A program made the translations under genes and the position numbers. From NCBI GenBank assembly GCA_050613775.1, contig JBODTK010000010.1:1426001-1490000 (forward strand): a DNA stretch of 64,000 nt. Direction: 5' to 3'. Of this stretch, positions 63,372-64,000 are shown piece by piece. The first letter of the stretch is position 1. Each line of letters opens with the position of its first letter. This DNA is from Neocallimastix sp. 'constans'. Its lineage: Eukaryota. The notes beneath the pieces were generated by a model. That model was not told the DNA's origin and did no database searches. It was given only the letters and a program-made list of their open reading frames with translations.

Positions 63372-64000
63372 ATGTCTTCAAAAAATAATAATAATATTGT
63401 AATGATTCCTGGTGAAGAAGAATTAAATGAAGAAAATATATTTGTATTGAGTTATTCTGAAAAAAATTATGCAATTAAACTTCAATTAGTGAATCTCAAT
63501 AAAAATTCTTTTATTAGAATAATAGCTCAAGAAGAAAAGAAAATCGTTAATTTTAATTATATGATTGAAATGAATCTAGATGAATTTATTAATCAAGATA
63601 ATATAATGTTAAGGCCATATCGTGATATTCAAGAAATCTATCGTTTTATTTTTTTTTCATTTGAAGAAGGAAAGATTTCAATTGCTGATATAAATCAGAA
63701 AATTTATTTTATTCTTGTTATTGAAGGAGAAATTAGAGGTTTCAAAGATCCATTAAGATTTGAAATAAAATTGAAGATGCGTGAATGTAATAAGGATGAT
63801 GTTCAAGAAATGATATGTAATAAATCAAATGAATTAGAAATAGAAAACAAAAATTTGAAAACTAAATTGAATAAATTAGAAGAAATAATACGTAATTTAA
63901 CACTTCAATCTAAACAAATCATTAAAAATGAAAAAGAAGAAATGAAATTTATTAAAAATCGATTATTACAAATTCCTGAAAGAGGAAAAAAAAATATTCG
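63372..64000 (+). CDS. Coiled-coil + TLDc family protein, copy 3 (inverted, runs off the window)
   Basis: ATG at 63372 reads MSSKNNNNIVMIPGEEELNEENIFVLSYSEKNY...; open to the window end; absent from the ORF track because no stop is in the window. Confidence 0.88.
   Translation, partial: MSSKNNNNIVMIPGEEELNEENIFVLSYSEKNYAIKLQLVNLNKNSFIRIIAQEEKKIVNFNYMIEMNLDEFINQDNIMLRPYRDIQEIYRFIFFSFEEGKISIADINQKIYFILVIEGEIRGFKDPLRFEIKLKMRECNKDDVQEMICNKSNELEIENKNLKTKLNKLEEIIRNLTLQSKQIIKNEKEEMKFIKNRLLQIPERGKKNI

Noticed and set aside
63268..63474. 68-aa minus-strand ORF
   Set aside because: Antisense shadow of TLDc copy 3, which starts at 63372 on the plus strand.

Overview
Extremely AT-rich eukaryotic DNA read with the standard code. 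The composition, poly-Asn proteins and poly(A/T) tracts suggest an anaerobic gut fungus (Neocallimastigomycota); this is an inference. 1-27 kb is a retrotransposon pile-up around a ~2.1-kb tandem repeat that carries an intron-containing tRNA-Ile(UAU) gene (3 copies). It holds a chromovirus-type Ty3/Gypsy element (1-5965), a tandem pair of same-family LTRs (5966-6019 remnant, 6025-6581 solo) and a young Gypsy-type element encoding only Gag plus integrase (6583-12846). The last three insertions sit within about 14 bp upstream of the tRNA. A Ty1/Copia element follows (14411-27034), with a primer site matching the tRNA-Lys(CUU) anticodon arm; a Tf1-like, apparently self-priming chromovirus is nested in it (19644-26472). 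30.8-47 kb is a ~5.2-kb tandem array of four genes for a small secreted six-cysteine protein, and the two inner copies are chimeras of the two outer ones. 48.5-64 kb has three intronless coiled-coil+TLDc genes (two tandem, one inverted and cut by the window end) and a fourth Gypsy element (48960-54991) inserted in an (ATT)n microsatellite; it is the PR/RT/RH-containing relative of the Gag-integrase element. All comparisons were made by eye, with no database searches.
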